A DNA stretch of 63,377 nucleotides, filler included, from an uncultured Synergistales bacterium (GCA_937897575.1; 5 parts of 5 records of this genome joined end to end with filler, not necessarily neighbours in it), one strand, 5' to 3'. Shown: positions 1-10,079, counted from the whole stretch's first letter. A program made the numbers and translations. The notes: generated from the sequence alone by a model not told the origin.

Positions 1-127
1 CTCCTCCGCCGTTCTGGCCCGCCAGGTAGGGGAACTTCCAGATGTTCCCGAGTCCCACCGCCGAACCGGCCGCCGCCAGGATGAAGCCCAATTTACTCCC
101 CCACTGCTCTCTCTGTCCCTGTGCCAT
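1..127 (-). CDS. Sodium-dependent transporter (NSS/SNF family), 5' part only
   Basis: Manual translation [42 protein letters not shown] matches the NSS TM1 motif; SD AAGGAGAGG upstream; runs off the window. Confidence 0.9.
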   Translation of the reverse strand, partial: MAQGQREQWGSKLGFILAAAGSAVGLGNIWKFPYLAGQNGGG

Positions 128-242
128 CGTCACACCTCTCCTTCACGTATTATGGATATGGACTTCCGGTTCCAGGCAACTCCGCGAAGTACGCTTACCT
201 CCTCTCTTGAACAATCCGATGAATAAAGAATAGTTCACTCGA

Positions 243-270
243 ATTATACTGTAAAATGGGACACTTTCAA
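243..270 (-). promoter_or_regulatory. Putative sigma70 promoter for the NSS transporter
   Basis: TTGAAA-N16-TATAAT on the minus strand. Confidence 0.55.
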
Positions 271-343
271 GTGGTGGCAGGGGACAATATAATGTACAAT
301 ACGAAAAGCACCTGTCCGCGATCGGCGGAGGAGGAATGATTAT

Positions 344-583
344 ATGTGTCTTGCCGTACCCCACACCATTGAGACCCTGCTGGACGACGGCCGGGCGGTG
401 GCCGTCGCGGGCGCCGTCCGCACGGAGATCCGAACGGATCTCATCGAGAACCCCTCTCCCGGCGACACGGTGCTCGTTCACGCCGGATTCGCCATAGAGA
501 AGCTCGCCCCCGAGGATTCGAAGGAGTTGCTCGACCTCTGGGAGGAGATCCGCCGCGTCTCGGGGGTGGACTATGCCGGGTGA
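344..583 (+). CDS. hypC: Hydrogenase maturation chaperone HypC
   Basis: N-terminal MCLAVP, VLVHAGFAI motif; SD GGAGGAGG. Confidence 0.95.
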   Translation: MCLAVPHTIETLLDDGRAVAVAGAVRTEIRTDLIENPSPGDTVLVHAGFAIEKLAPEDSKELLDLWEEIRRVSGVDYAG

Positions 584-1649
584 CCTTCGCGCCGCCGTGG
601 AGGCCCTCCGCCGTCTCGCCGAGGAATCGGCGACGGCGGTGACGGTGATGGAGGTCTGCGGTACCCACACGGTCTCCGCCTTCCGTTCCGGGCTTCGCTC
701 CGTCCTTCCGAAGAGCATGCGCCTCATCTCGGGGCCGGGGTGCCCGGTGTGCGTCACGGACCAGGGCGAGATCGAGGCGGCCCTCTCGCTTCTCAGGCGG
801 GGGGTCGTCGTCGTGGCCTACGGGGACATGTTCAAGGTGCCCAGCGCCTCCGGCTCCCTCGCATCCATGCGGGGCGAGGGGCACGATGTCCGGACGGCCA
901 CGAGCGCCATGGACGCCCTGCGGGTCGCCGAGGAGAACCCGGGGCGCGAGGTGGTCTTCCTCGGCGTCGGCTTCGAGACCACCGCTCCGGCGACGGCCAC
1001 GCTCGTCCGCGAGGCTCGCAGGAAGGGCATCGCAAACCTCTCGGTGCTCTCCTTCCACAAGAGAACGCCGCCCGCCGTCGAGGCGCTGGCCGGTGCGGCG
1101 GATGTCCAGATTTCAGCCTTTCTTCTCCCGGGCCACGTGAGCGTCATCACCGGCCACGAACCCTTCCGATTCCTTGCCGACCGCTTCGGTCTGCCGGCCG
1201 TCATAGCAGGCTTCGACCCGGAGCAGATCCTTCTTGCCATGGTGGAGATCGCCCGTCAGATCCGCGCCGGTGCGCCGGAGCTGCGCTCCGTCTACGGGAC
1301 GGCCGTTCGCCCCGAGGGCAACAGGAAGGCCCTCGGTCTTCTCGACGAAGTATTTTCCGTCCGCGACGCCCGGTGGCGGGGCATCGGCCTCATCCCGGAC
1401 TCGGGGTACGGCCTTCGGGGGGACTACGGCGACTTCGACGCCGAACGGCGCTTCTCCCTCGTCATCGTCCCGGGCACCCCTCCTGCCGGGTGCCGGTGCG
1501 GCGACGTCCTCACCGGGCGCATCACCCCTCCGCAGTGCCCGCTCTTTCGGACTGCCTGCACGCCCCTGTCCCCCGTCGGACCCTGCATGGTCTCCAGCGA
1601 GGGGACCTGCGGCGCCTATTTTCGTTTCCACAGGGAGGAGAGAACATGA
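573..1649 (+). CDS. hypD: Hydrogenase maturation protein HypD
   Basis: Motifs EVCGTH, GPGCPVC, GFETT, PGHVS and C-terminal Cys cluster GPCMVSSEGTC. Confidence 0.97.
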   Translation: MPGDLRAAVEALRRLAEESATAVTVMEVCGTHTVSAFRSGLRSVLPKSMRLISGPGCPVCVTDQGEIEAALSLLRRGVVVVAYGDMFKVPSASGSLASMRGEGHDVRTATSAMDALRVAEENPGREVVFLGVGFETTAPATATLVREARRKGIANLSVLSFHKRTPPAVEALAGAADVQISAFLLPGHVSVITGHEPFRFLADRFGLPAVIAGFDPEQILLAMVEIARQIRAGAPELRSVYGTAVRPEGNRKALGLLDEVFSVRDARWRGIGLIPDSGYGLRGDYGDFDAERRFSLVIVPGTPPAGCRCGDVLTGRITPPQCPLFRTACTPLSPVGPCMVSSEGTCGAYFRFHREERT

Positions 1650-2641
1650 CGGAGAGAGTCTCCCTCAGCCACGGCAGCGGAGGACGACAGAGCCAGCAGA
1701 TCGTCGCGGAACTCCTGGCTCCCTTCACCCGCAGAGGAATCGGGCCGGAGCTCGAGGACGCCGCCCTCCTGCCCGGAGGCTATGCCATGACGGTGGACGG
1801 ATTCACCGTGTCGCCCAGGACCTTCCCCGGCGGAGACATCGGGCATCTCTGCGTCTGCGGCTGCGTCAACGACCTGGCCGCCCGTGGGGCCAGCCCCGAC
1901 TTTCTCGGCCTGGGGCTCGTCATCGAGGAGGGTTTCTCCGCCGAAGAGCTTCGGACGTACATGGAGAGCGCCGCCAGAACCTGCGCGGACCTCGGCACCG
2001 TCCTCGCCGCCGGGGACACGAAGGTCGTGCCCGTCGGCGGGGTGGACGGCGTGCTCATCACGGGGTGCGCCTTCGGCCGCGTTCAGACGCCCCACCCTCT
2101 GTCCCTGGGCAACCTCCGCCCAGGAGACCACATCGTCGTCTCCACCTCCATAGGCCGGCATGGGGCCACCATCGCCGCCTCCCGGTTCAACCTGGACGTC
2201 GTCGGTCTCGAGAGCGACTGCGCCCCGCTGTGGCCCGCCGTGCGGCCGCTGCTCGCCCTCGACGGCCTCCGCTGCATGCGGGACTGCACGCGGGGCGGCC
2301 TCGGAACGGTGCTCTGCGAATGGGCTGAGGGGTCGGGGGTGCACGTGGCGCTGGACGAGGAATCCATCCCTCTCTCCCCCCAGGTCCGCTCCCTCTGCGA
2401 TGTCCTCGGGTTCGACCCCCTGTACATGGCCTGCGAGGGGTGCATGGCGGTGGCGGTGGACGCCTCGCAGACGGACCGGCTTCTCGCCCTTCTCCGGGCA
2501 TCGCCCCTCTGCGGCGAGGCCGCCGTCATTGGGCAGGTCACCGGCGGAGAGCCGAAGGGGATGGTCTCCATGCGAACGCTCATCGGAGGCGAACGCCTCG
2601 TGGACATGCCGACGGGGGAGCTGCTGCCGCGAATCTGCTGA
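1646..2641 (+). CDS. hypE: Hydrogenase maturation carbamoyl dehydratase HypE
   Basis: ATG at 1646 overlaps the hypD stop; HGSGG, FPGGDIG, GDTKVV, RGG and C-terminal PRIC. Confidence 0.96.
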   Translation: MTERVSLSHGSGGRQSQQIVAELLAPFTRRGIGPELEDAALLPGGYAMTVDGFTVSPRTFPGGDIGHLCVCGCVNDLAARGASPDFLGLGLVIEEGFSAEELRTYMESAARTCADLGTVLAAGDTKVVPVGGVDGVLITGCAFGRVQTPHPLSLGNLRPGDHIVVSTSIGRHGATIAASRFNLDVVGLESDCAPLWPAVRPLLALDGLRCMRDCTRGGLGTVLCEWAEGSGVHVALDEESIPLSPQVRSLCDVLGFDPLYMACEGCMAVAVDASQTDRLLALLRASPLCGEAAVIGQVTGGEPKGMVSMRTLIGGERLVDMPTGELLPRIC

Positions 2642-2691
2642 CGATACGTTCCAGACGTTCGCTTCTCATCCGGCCACGAGGAGGCAGATAG

Positions 2692-4191
2692 ATGAATCTG
2701 CTCGAAAAACTGAAGGAAACAGGCATATCCGTCGTCCCCATCATAGTTATCGTGCTGCTGCTCTACCCGACCGTCGCCCCCATCGGGGGAATGCTCCTCA
2801 TGCAGTTCATCGTGGGCGGGGTGCTCATCATCCTGGGATTGAGCGTCTTCCTTCTCGGGACGGACATCGGCGTCCTGCCCATGGGGCACGCCATCGGCGC
2901 CGCCCTCGTCCACAGGCGAAACCTCCCCATCATGCTCGCTACCGGCTTTTTCATCGGCTTTTTCATCACCGTCGCCGAGCCCGACGTCCAGGTCCTGGCC
3001 AACCAGGTGGCCACCGTGGACCCGTCCATCTCGAGGCTCTTCCTCCTGGTCATGATCGGCCTGGGCGTCGGATTCTTCGTCTCCGTCGCCTTCTGGCGGA
3101 TCATGCGCCAGTTCCCGTACCACATCATGCTCCTGGGCTTTTATCTTCTGGTCTTCGCCCTCGCCTATTTTTCGGCGCCCCAGTATCTGGGCATCGCCTT
3201 CGACGCCGGTGGCGCCACCACAGGCCCCATGACCGTCCCCTTCATCATGGCCTTGGGCGTCGGCGTCGCGGCCGTCCGGGGCGCAAAGAGCGCCGAGGAC
3301 GACAGCTTCGGCCTCGTCGGGTTGGCCTCCATCGGCCCGATCATGGCCGTGCTCATCATGGGCGTCCTGAGCCGGGGCGACCAGACCGGACAGTCCGGGG
3401 CGCAGGCCGCGACGGCGGCGACCGGTGTGCTCAGCGCCTTCCTGGCCGTCCTCCCGGGGACAACCCACGAGGTCACCATGGCCCTCGCTCCACTGGCCGT
3501 CATCCTGGTCATCTTTCAGGTCACCATGCTCCACATGGGGCGCCACCAGGTCACGCGGATGGCCAAGGGGCTCCTGTACACCTTTCTCGGCCTCGTCATC
3601 TTCCTCACGGGCGTAAACGGAGGGTTTCTGCCCGCGGGGTTCGTCATCGGAGGGACTATCGGCGGCGCGGCCGAAAATTGGGTCCTCGTCCCCATCGGCT
3701 TCGCTCTCGGCGCCATGGTCGTGCTGGCCGAGCCGGCGGTGTGGGTGCTGAACAACCAGGTCGAGGAGGTCTCGGGCGGACACATCAACAGGCGTTTCAT
3801 GCTCATCGCCCTCTCCGCTGGCGTCTCCGTCTCCGTCGCCATCTCCATGATCCGCGTGCTCACGGGGATGAGCATCTGGTGGTACCTCATCCCCGGGTAC
3901 CTCATCGCCCTGGTGCTCACCTTCGCCTGCCCGCCCCTCTTCACGGCCATCGCCTTCGACTCCGGGGGCGTGGCCTCGGGCCCCATGTCCTCCACCTTCA
4001 TCCTGTCCTTCACCATCGGGGCCTCGTCGGCGGCGGGAGGCAACCCCATCACCGACGCCTTCGGCGTCGTGGCCATGATCGCCATGACGCCTCTCATCAC
4101 CATCCAGGCTCTCGGGCTGCTGTTTCAGCGGAAGGAAAAAGAGGCCGAAAGGCGGCGCTCCAGAGAATCACTGAGGGAGGGAGTACTATGA
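2692..4191 (+). CDS. DUF1538-family membrane protein with two repeated domains
   Basis: Highly hydrophobic; AEP and AFDxGGxxxGP motifs each occur twice. Confidence 0.85.
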   Translation: MNLLEKLKETGISVVPIIVIVLLLYPTVAPIGGMLLMQFIVGGVLIILGLSVFLLGTDIGVLPMGHAIGAALVHRRNLPIMLATGFFIGFFITVAEPDVQVLANQVATVDPSISRLFLLVMIGLGVGFFVSVAFWRIMRQFPYHIMLLGFYLLVFALAYFSAPQYLGIAFDAGGATTGPMTVPFIMALGVGVAAVRGAKSAEDDSFGLVGLASIGPIMAVLIMGVLSRGDQTGQSGAQAATAATGVLSAFLAVLPGTTHEVTMALAPLAVILVIFQVTMLHMGRHQVTRMAKGLLYTFLGLVIFLTGVNGGFLPAGFVIGGTIGGAAENWVLVPIGFALGAMVVLAEPAVWVLNNQVEEVSGGHINRRFMLIALSAGVSVSVAISMIRVLTGMSIWWYLIPGYLIALVLTFACPPLFTAIAFDSGGVASGPMSSTFILSFTIGASSAAGGNPITDAFGVVAMIAMTPLITIQALGLLFQRKEKEAERRRSRESLREGVL

Positions 4192-4883
4192 CCGACAGCG
4201 AAAGGACGGCGCAGGGCTGCGGAAAGCTGTTGCTCGCCATCGTGCGGCGGGAGCGCGGTGACCAGGTCGTGGAGATCACGCGGCACGCGGGCGCCCGGGG
4301 AGGCACGGTGGCCCTCGGCCGTGGGGAGTCGGACAACCCCCTCATGGAGTTCCTGAGCATCGGAGACTTCGAGGAGGACGTCGTCCTCACCCTCACCTCG
4401 GACGACCAGGCCCCCGCCATCATGGCAGCGCTCCGGGCCTACGAGGACAAAACAGGAAAACACAAGACCGGGGTCGTCATGCAGCTCGACGTCTCGCACG
4501 TTCTGCACCATACCACAGGGGTGGCCCGATGCGGCGCCACGGAGAGGAGCGAACCGATGAAGAGAAAAACGGACAAGGTCCTGATCAGCGTCATCGTCAA
4601 CCGGGGCTTCGCCGACGACGTCATGGCCGAGGCCAGGAAGGCCGGGGCCAGGGGCGGGACCATCATGAACGCGCGCGGCACGGCCAGCGAGAAGGACGTT
4701 CGGTTCCTCGGCTTCCCCCTGTTCCCCGAGAAGGAGATCCTGCTGATCCTCGCAGATCGGGACAAACAGGACGCCGTCCTCGAGGCCGTCCGCTCGAGCG
4801 AGTGCATCAGTCAGCCCGGGGGAGGCATCGCCTTCACCATGGCCGTTGAGGACAGCTTCCTGCTCGGTGAAAAGCTGAAGTAG
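4188..4883 (+). CDS. PII-like protein with two tandem PII-type domains
   Basis: ATG overlaps the upstream stop; AGARGGT..GRG/ARG motif twice; PEKEI and GGGIAF in the second domain. Confidence 0.8.
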   Translation: MTDSERTAQGCGKLLLAIVRRERGDQVVEITRHAGARGGTVALGRGESDNPLMEFLSIGDFEEDVVLTLTSDDQAPAIMAALRAYEDKTGKHKTGVVMQLDVSHVLHHTTGVARCGATERSEPMKRKTDKVLISVIVNRGFADDVMAEARKAGARGGTIMNARGTASEKDVRFLGFPLFPEKEILLILADRDKQDAVLEAVRSSECISQPGGGIAFTMAVEDSFLLGEKLK

Positions 4884-4903
4884 CACGCCGCCTGGACTCG
4901 CAA

Positions 4904-4943
4904 AAGAACCGGGAGGAGCTTTTCACGGTCCCTCCCGGTTCTT
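4904..4943. terminator. Bidirectional intrinsic terminator between convergent operons
   Basis: 13-bp stem AAGAACCGGGAGG/CCTCCCGGTTCTT. Confidence 0.7.
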
Positions 4944-5010
4944 CATGGTTCTTTATGGTTCTTTATGGTTCTTTATGGTTCTTTATGGTTCTTCATGGTC
5001 CTTCATGGCT
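4941..5010. repeat. Tandem decamer repeat, 7 units (CTTYATGGTT)
   Basis: CTTCATGGTT, 4x CTTTATGGTT, CTTCATGGTC, CTTCATGGCT. Confidence 0.95.
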
Positions 5011-5121
5011 TCAACATCGGGAGGGCATCCTATTCTCCGGAAACGCGGTCCGAGGACTGGAATGCTCTGAGGGCAGATGTATCGGGACGAGGTTCCTCCT
5101 CCGAAAGACGCGGTCCTTCCC

Positions 5122-5901
5122 TCAGTGAGTCAGCCGCTCGTTGATCCTCGTTATGCCCGCGGCCCTGCCCGACTCGTCGTCCAGCTCCACCACCACACCG
5201 TTGAAGGCGAGCCCGTCGCCGGACACCTCGAACTTCGCCGGCATGCCCGTGAGGAACCTCGGGAGGACGCCGTCGAACTTCAGACCGATGGAGCTTCTGT
5301 GTCCGCCCGTCATTCCGGCGTCCGTCAGGTAGGCCGTTCCCCGGACGAGGATCTCCTCGTCGGCAGTCTGGACGTGGGTGTGGGTCCCGATGACCGCCGC
5401 GGCCCGGCCGTCCAGGTACTCGCCCAGCGACTTCTTTTCCGACGTGGCCTCGGCGTGGAAGTCGACGAAGAGGGGCACGTCTCCCACGGCGTCGAGAATC
5501 TTGTCGGCCGTCCTGAAGGGACACTCCGTGACGGGCATGTACACCCGACCCTGAAGGCTCGCCACGGCAAGGCGCTTGTCCCCCTTGCGGAGGATGATCC
5601 ACCCCTGCCCGGGGCATCCGTCCGGGTAGTTGGCGGGGCGCAGGATTCTCGGGTCCTCGGAGAGGAGGGGGACGCCCTCCCGTTTGTCCCATATGTGGTT
5701 GCCCGACGTCATGGCGTCGATGCCGAGGGCGAAGAGCTCCTCGACGACCCTGCCCGTGATGCCCTTTCCCGCCGCAGCATTTTCGCAGTTCGCGACGACG
5801 AAGTCGAAGGGCCCGTGAATCGTCTGGAGGCGCGGCAGCGTCTCGGCCACGGCCCTCCGTCCGGGGCTCCCCATGATGTCGCCGATGAACAGGATCTTCA
5901 T
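5122..5901 (-). CDS. ymdB: YmdB-like metallophosphoesterase (TIGR00282 type)
   Basis: GDIMG, NCENAA, GNHIWD, DFHAEATSEK, GTHTHVQTAD; directly downstream of rny. Confidence 0.93.
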   Translation of the reverse strand: MKILFIGDIMGSPGRRAVAETLPRLQTIHGPFDFVVANCENAAAGKGITGRVVEELFALGIDAMTSGNHIWDKREGVPLLSEDPRILRPANYPDGCPGQGWIILRKGDKRLAVASLQGRVYMPVTECPFRTADKILDAVGDVPLFVDFHAEATSEKKSLGEYLDGRAAAVIGTHTHVQTADEEILVRGTAYLTDAGMTGGHRSSIGLKFDGVLPRFLTGMPAKFEVSGDGLAFNGVVVELDDESGRAAGITRINERLTH

Positions 5902-5908
5902 GGTCCGC

Positions 5909-7450
5909 CTACTTCGCGTACTCCGTGACCCGCGTCTCCCTGGTCACCGTCACCTTCACCTGTCCGGGGTACTTCATCTCCTCCTCGATCTTGCGCGCGA
6001 GGTCGTAGGCGATCTTGTGGACGACGCCGTCGTCGGTGATGTTGGGCGAGACGACCACCCGCACCTCCCGTCCGGCCTGTATGGCGAAGGCCTTGCTCAC
6101 GCCGTTGAAGGACATGGCGATCTCCTCGAGCTTCTCCAGGCGCTTGACGTAGGCGTCCAGGCTCTCGCGCCGGGCGCCGGGCCGTGCGGCGCTCACGGCG
6201 TCCGCCGCGGCGACGATCACGTCGTAGATGCCCGTGGCCTCCTGATCCTCGTGGTGGGAGGCGATGGCGCTCACCACCTCGGCCGATTCGTTGTACCGCT
6301 TCGCCAAGTCCGCGCCGATGAGGGCGTGGGGCCCCTCGATCTGATGGTCCACGGCCTTGCCCAGGTCATGGAGCAGGCCGGCCCGACGGGCGACCTCCTC
6401 GTCTATGCCGAGTTCAGCCGCGATCATCCCCGAGATGTAGGCCACCTCGAGGCTGTGCTGAAGCGCGTTCTGCCCGTAGCTGTACCGGAAGCGGAGCTGG
6501 CCGATGGTGCGGACCAGTTCCGGGTGCATGTTCTTGATGCCCGTCTCGAGCAGGGCACCCTCGCCGGCCTCTTGAATCTGGGCCTCCACGTCCCGGGTCG
6601 CCTTGTCGATGAGCTCCTCGATCCGCGCCGGGTGGATGCGCCCGTCGACGATGAGCCGTTCGAGAGAGAGCCGGGCGATCTCGCGCCGCACGGGGTCGAA
6701 GCTACTCAGGGTCACGGCCTCGGGGGTGTCGTCCACGATGAGATCGACGCCCGCCAGGGTCTCGAAGGTCCGGATGTTCCGCCCCTCGCGCCCGATGATC
6801 CGCCCCTTCATCTCGTCCGAGGGCAGATGGACGACGCTCACCGCCGTGTCGGACGTGTTCTCCACGGCACATCGCTGGACGGCCGTCACGATGATCTCCC
6901 TGGCCTTCCGGTCGGCCTCGCGCTTCGCCTTCTCCTCGAGCTCCTTGAGCCGGAGCCCTATCACATGCTGTGCGCTCTCCTCCGTCTGCCGGAGGATGAG
7001 GTTCTGGGCGTCCTCGCGGGTCATCCCGGCCACCTCCTCGAGGCGCACCAGCTGCTGCTTCTTGACGTCCTCCACCTCCACGAGGCGGCGCTCCACGTCC
7101 TCCTGCCTCGTCTTGAGCTCGTCCTCCCTGTGCGCTACCTTCTCGAGTTTCCGGTCGAGGTTCTCCTCTTTCTGCTCGATCCGGCGCTCGGCGCGCTGCA
7201 GCTCGGTCCTCCGCTCCTTGCCCTCACGCTCGGCCTCCTGGCGAAGCTTGAATATCTCCTCCTTGGCCTCGGTGAGCTTCTCCCGCTTCTGCTGCTCCGC
7301 TACCTGTTCCGCTTCGTTCAGGATATTCTGCGCCTGCATCTTCGCATTAACGAGGTTTTTCGCGCCGAGCGTCCGGGAGAGCATGAAGCCCGCCGCGACG
7401 CCGGCGATTATTCCTACAGCGATGGAGAAAAACATGGGCATTGCGTTCAT
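5909..7450 (-). CDS. rny: Ribonuclease Y
   Basis: N-terminal TM, coiled coil, KH motif KGRIIGREGRNIR, HD motif LLHDLGK, RPGARRE; start set by SD GAAGGAG. Confidence 0.97.
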   Translation of the reverse strand: MNAMPMFFSIAVGIIAGVAAGFMLSRTLGAKNLVNAKMQAQNILNEAEQVAEQQKREKLTEAKEEIFKLRQEAEREGKERRTELQRAERRIEQKEENLDRKLEKVAHREDELKTRQEDVERRLVEVEDVKKQQLVRLEEVAGMTREDAQNLILRQTEESAQHVIGLRLKELEEKAKREADRKAREIIVTAVQRCAVENTSDTAVSVVHLPSDEMKGRIIGREGRNIRTFETLAGVDLIVDDTPEAVTLSSFDPVRREIARLSLERLIVDGRIHPARIEELIDKATRDVEAQIQEAGEGALLETGIKNMHPELVRTIGQLRFRYSYGQNALQHSLEVAYISGMIAAELGIDEEVARRAGLLHDLGKAVDHQIEGPHALIGADLAKRYNESAEVVSAIASHHEDQEATGIYDVIVAAADAVSAARPGARRESLDAYVKRLEKLEEIAMSFNGVSKAFAIQAGREVRVVVSPNITDDGVVHKIAYDLARKIEEEMKYPGQVKVTVTRETRVTEYAK

Positions 7451-7552
7451 GGTGCCTATCACTCCTTCTATTTTCAAGGTGCGGTCCTGAACCACAGCAC
7501 ACGCACTCTTATAATGAGACAACTTTATTATTGTACAGGTCGGACGCGTTCT

Positions 7553-8023
7553 TCACAAGTCATCTCCGGCGAAGGCCGCCAGGGCCCTCCGAACGGCCGA
7601 CGGCGAGAATCCTCGCCGCAACAGCCTGTCTTCGACTTTGCGCCGCTCCACGCCCGATTCGAGCCACTCTCTGGCCGTCGAAAGGGCGGCTCTCTCCTCG
7701 TCCAGCTCCTCGAGGGCCTCTCCGATGACCGCCTCCGACACGCCCCTCCGGCGCAGCTCGTCCCGGAGACGGCGCACCCCCCAGCCGGGGTGTCCGTCGA
7801 CGAAGAGCAGAGCGTATGCAGCATCGTCGATGAACCCGCCCTGCTGCCATCGGCCGGCGAGGGCCTCAGCCTCGTCCCCGGAGGCCCCCTTCGCCGTGAG
7901 CTTCCGGACGATCTGCGCCCTCGTCCAGACTCCTCTGGCGAAGAGGACCTGGAGGTATCGGTCGAAGCGCTCCGCCCGGTCGCCCGCAGCGGGGCGGTCG
8001 GGAGCGTCAGGCCGTCTCCACAA
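7553..8023 (-). CDS. recX: RecX-family regulatory protein
   Basis: GFIDDAAYA, RLRDELRRRGV, LLRRGFS; upstream of rny. Confidence 0.8.
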   Translation of the reverse strand: MWRRPDAPDRPAAGDRAERFDRYLQVLFARGVWTRAQIVRKLTAKGASGDEAEALAGRWQQGGFIDDAAYALLFVDGHPGWGVRRLRDELRRRGVSEAVIGEALEELDEERAALSTAREWLESGVERRKVEDRLLRRGFSPSAVRRALAAFAGDDL

Positions 8024-10079
8024 GGCTCAAACTTCTCCCGAGCGACGCGAAGAGGCGCGCCCGAAGCAGAGGCTCCGAGGCCAGGTCCGGGTCCCGCTCC
8101 ACGAGGGCAAACCCCTCCCTCCTCGCGATGTCGAGAAGTTCGCGGTCCCGTATGAGGTCCGCCACGCGGAAGTCCGTGATGCCCGACTGACGGACGCCGC
8201 AGACTTCGCCGGGGCCGCGGAGCTTCAGGTCGGCCTCGGCGATGAGGAAGCCGCTGGACGTGGAGCAGAAGGCCTTGACGCGCTCGCGCGCCTCGGGGGT
8301 GGTGGGCGATGCGAGCAGCACGCAGTGCGACTCCCGATCGCCCCGCCCCACGCGGCCCCGAAGCTGGTGGAGCTGGGACAGGCCGAAGCGCGTGGCGTCC
8401 TCCACCACCATGACGGTGGCCTGAGGGACGTCCACGCCCACCTCCACCACGGAGGTGGAGACGAGAAGGGAGAGGTGCCCGCTCTGGAATTCGCCCATGA
8501 CCCGGTCCTTCTCCGCCGCGACCATCCGGCCGTGCAGCAGGCCGACGCCGAAGGCGGGGAAGGTCTTGGCGAGGTCCTCGTACCTGGCCGTGGCCGCCGC
8601 GAGGTCCATGGTCTCGCTCTCCTCGATGAGGGGGCATATCCAGAAGACCCGCTCTCCGGCCTCCATGCGTTCTTTCAGGAAAGCAAGGAGGCTGGGCAGC
8701 TTCTTCGGCGACAGGGCCGTGGTCCTGACCTCCTTGCGCCCCGGAGGAAGCTCGGAGAGCACCGAAACGGAGAGGTCGCCGAAGACGGTGAGGGTCAGGG
8801 TCCTGGGGATCGGCGTGGCCGTCATGACCAGAACGTGGGGGCTCTCGCCCTTGGAGCGGAAGGCCCGCTTCTGAAGCACGCCGAAGCGGTGCTGTTCGTC
8901 CACGATGGCCAGGCCCAGCCGGGCGAAGGAGACCTCCTCGGAGAGGAGGGCGTGGGTGCCGATGGCGACGGAGACAGCTCCCGACTCGAGGCCTTCGTGG
9001 ACGGCGCGCTTCTCCTTCTGAGGCAGCGACCCGACGAGGAGAACGCAGGGGACGCCCAGGGCCTCGAAGACGGGCTGTATTCTGTCGTAGTGCTGCTTGG
9101 CCAAGATCTCCGTGGGCGCGAGAAAGGCCCCCTGATGCCCCCCGTCCAGGGCGGCGAGCAAGGCGAGGACGGCGACCACCGTCTTGCCCGAACCCACGTC
9201 CCCCTGAAGCAGGCGGTTCATGGGGATCGTCCCGGCCATGTCGGCGAAGATCTCCTCCGTCACCTTTTTTTGGTCGCCCGTCAGCGTGAAGGGGAGGTAC
9301 CGCTCCAGGTAGGCGTCCACGAGGGCCCCCCGCTTGAGGGAGGGGGCCGTGGCGGCCGCGGCGCCCGCCCGGTGGCGGCGCATGGCGAGCCCCGTCTGGA
9401 GGAGGAAGAACTCGTCGAAGGCCAGACGACGGCGTGCAGTGCGCCACTCCTCCCGGCCCGTGGGGAAGTGCAGCTCCGTCACGGACCGGCGCAGTTCGGG
9501 GAGCGCGAGGCGCCGCGCGATATCGTCGGGGAGGTGGTCGTCCAGGAGGGGGAGAAACTCGTCCAGGGCCGTCCGGATGACCCGGCGAAGGGGCTTCTGG
9601 GCCAGCCCGGCGGTGGTGGGGTACACGGGGACGATGGCCGGGGCGTTCTCCTCGGCCTCGTCGAGGACCTCGTACTCGGGGTTGGTGAACTGGACAGCGC
9701 CTCCGCGGACTTCCACGCGGCCGTAGAGCGCCACGAGGACGCCGGACTGAAGCAGCCGCTCGATGCCGGGCCGGTTGAACCAGACGGCCTTCGCCATGGC
9801 CTTTCCGTCCGTCAGGAGCGCCGTGACGATGGAGAGGTTTTTCCTCGCCGTCCTCCGCCGCTCCAGGGCCACCACCCGGGCCAGGGCCGAGGCGGGCTCC
9901 CCGGCTCGGAGGGACGCCAGGGGCGTCACGTTGCGCCGGTCCTCGTACCGCCTGGGGAAGTAGAACAGCAGGTCCTCGGCGGAGGTGATCCCCAGCCGCC
10001 CGAGGAGCACCTCCCGGGCCGGGCCGACGCCCTTCACGTACCGGACGGGGTCGGAGAGCTGCCTTTGCGGGGCGTTCAC
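8007..10079 (-). CDS. recG: ATP-dependent DNA helicase RecG
   Basis: RLLQGDVGSGKT, DEQHRFG, MTATPIPRTL, QLRGRVGRG. Confidence 0.97.
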   Translation of the reverse strand: MNAPQRQLSDPVRYVKGVGPAREVLLGRLGITSAEDLLFYFPRRYEDRRNVTPLASLRAGEPASALARVVALERRRTARKNLSIVTALLTDGKAMAKAVWFNRPGIERLLQSGVLVALYGRVEVRGGAVQFTNPEYEVLDEAEENAPAIVPVYPTTAGLAQKPLRRVIRTALDEFLPLLDDHLPDDIARRLALPELRRSVTELHFPTGREEWRTARRRLAFDEFFLLQTGLAMRRHRAGAAAATAPSLKRGALVDAYLERYLPFTLTGDQKKVTEEIFADMAGTIPMNRLLQGDVGSGKTVVAVLALLAALDGGHQGAFLAPTEILAKQHYDRIQPVFEALGVPCVLLVGSLPQKEKRAVHEGLESGAVSVAIGTHALLSEEVSFARLGLAIVDEQHRFGVLQKRAFRSKGESPHVLVMTATPIPRTLTLTVFGDLSVSVLSELPPGRKEVRTTALSPKKLPSLLAFLKERMEAGERVFWICPLIEESETMDLAAATARYEDLAKTFPAFGVGLLHGRMVAAEKDRVMGEFQSGHLSLLVSTSVVEVGVDVPQATVMVVEDATRFGLSQLHQLRGRVGRGDRESHCVLLASPTTPEARERVKAFCSTSSGFLIAEADLKLRGPGEVCGVRQSGITDFRVADLIRDRELLDIARREGFALVERDPDLASEPLLRARLFASLGRSLSLVETA

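Noticed and set aside
143..238. Possible leaderless 31-aa ORF upstream of the NSS transporter
   Set aside because: No codon run, no terminator and no SD-start pair; cannot be supported
2160..4187. Long alternative-frame and antisense ORFs (e.g. 907 aa at 2160, 876 aa at 7528, 760 aa at 5873)
   Set aside because: Shadow ORFs of GC-rich coding DNA overlapping well-supported genes
4941..5010. CRISPR array
   Set aside because: The 10-bp units are contiguous with no spacers, and there are no cas genes
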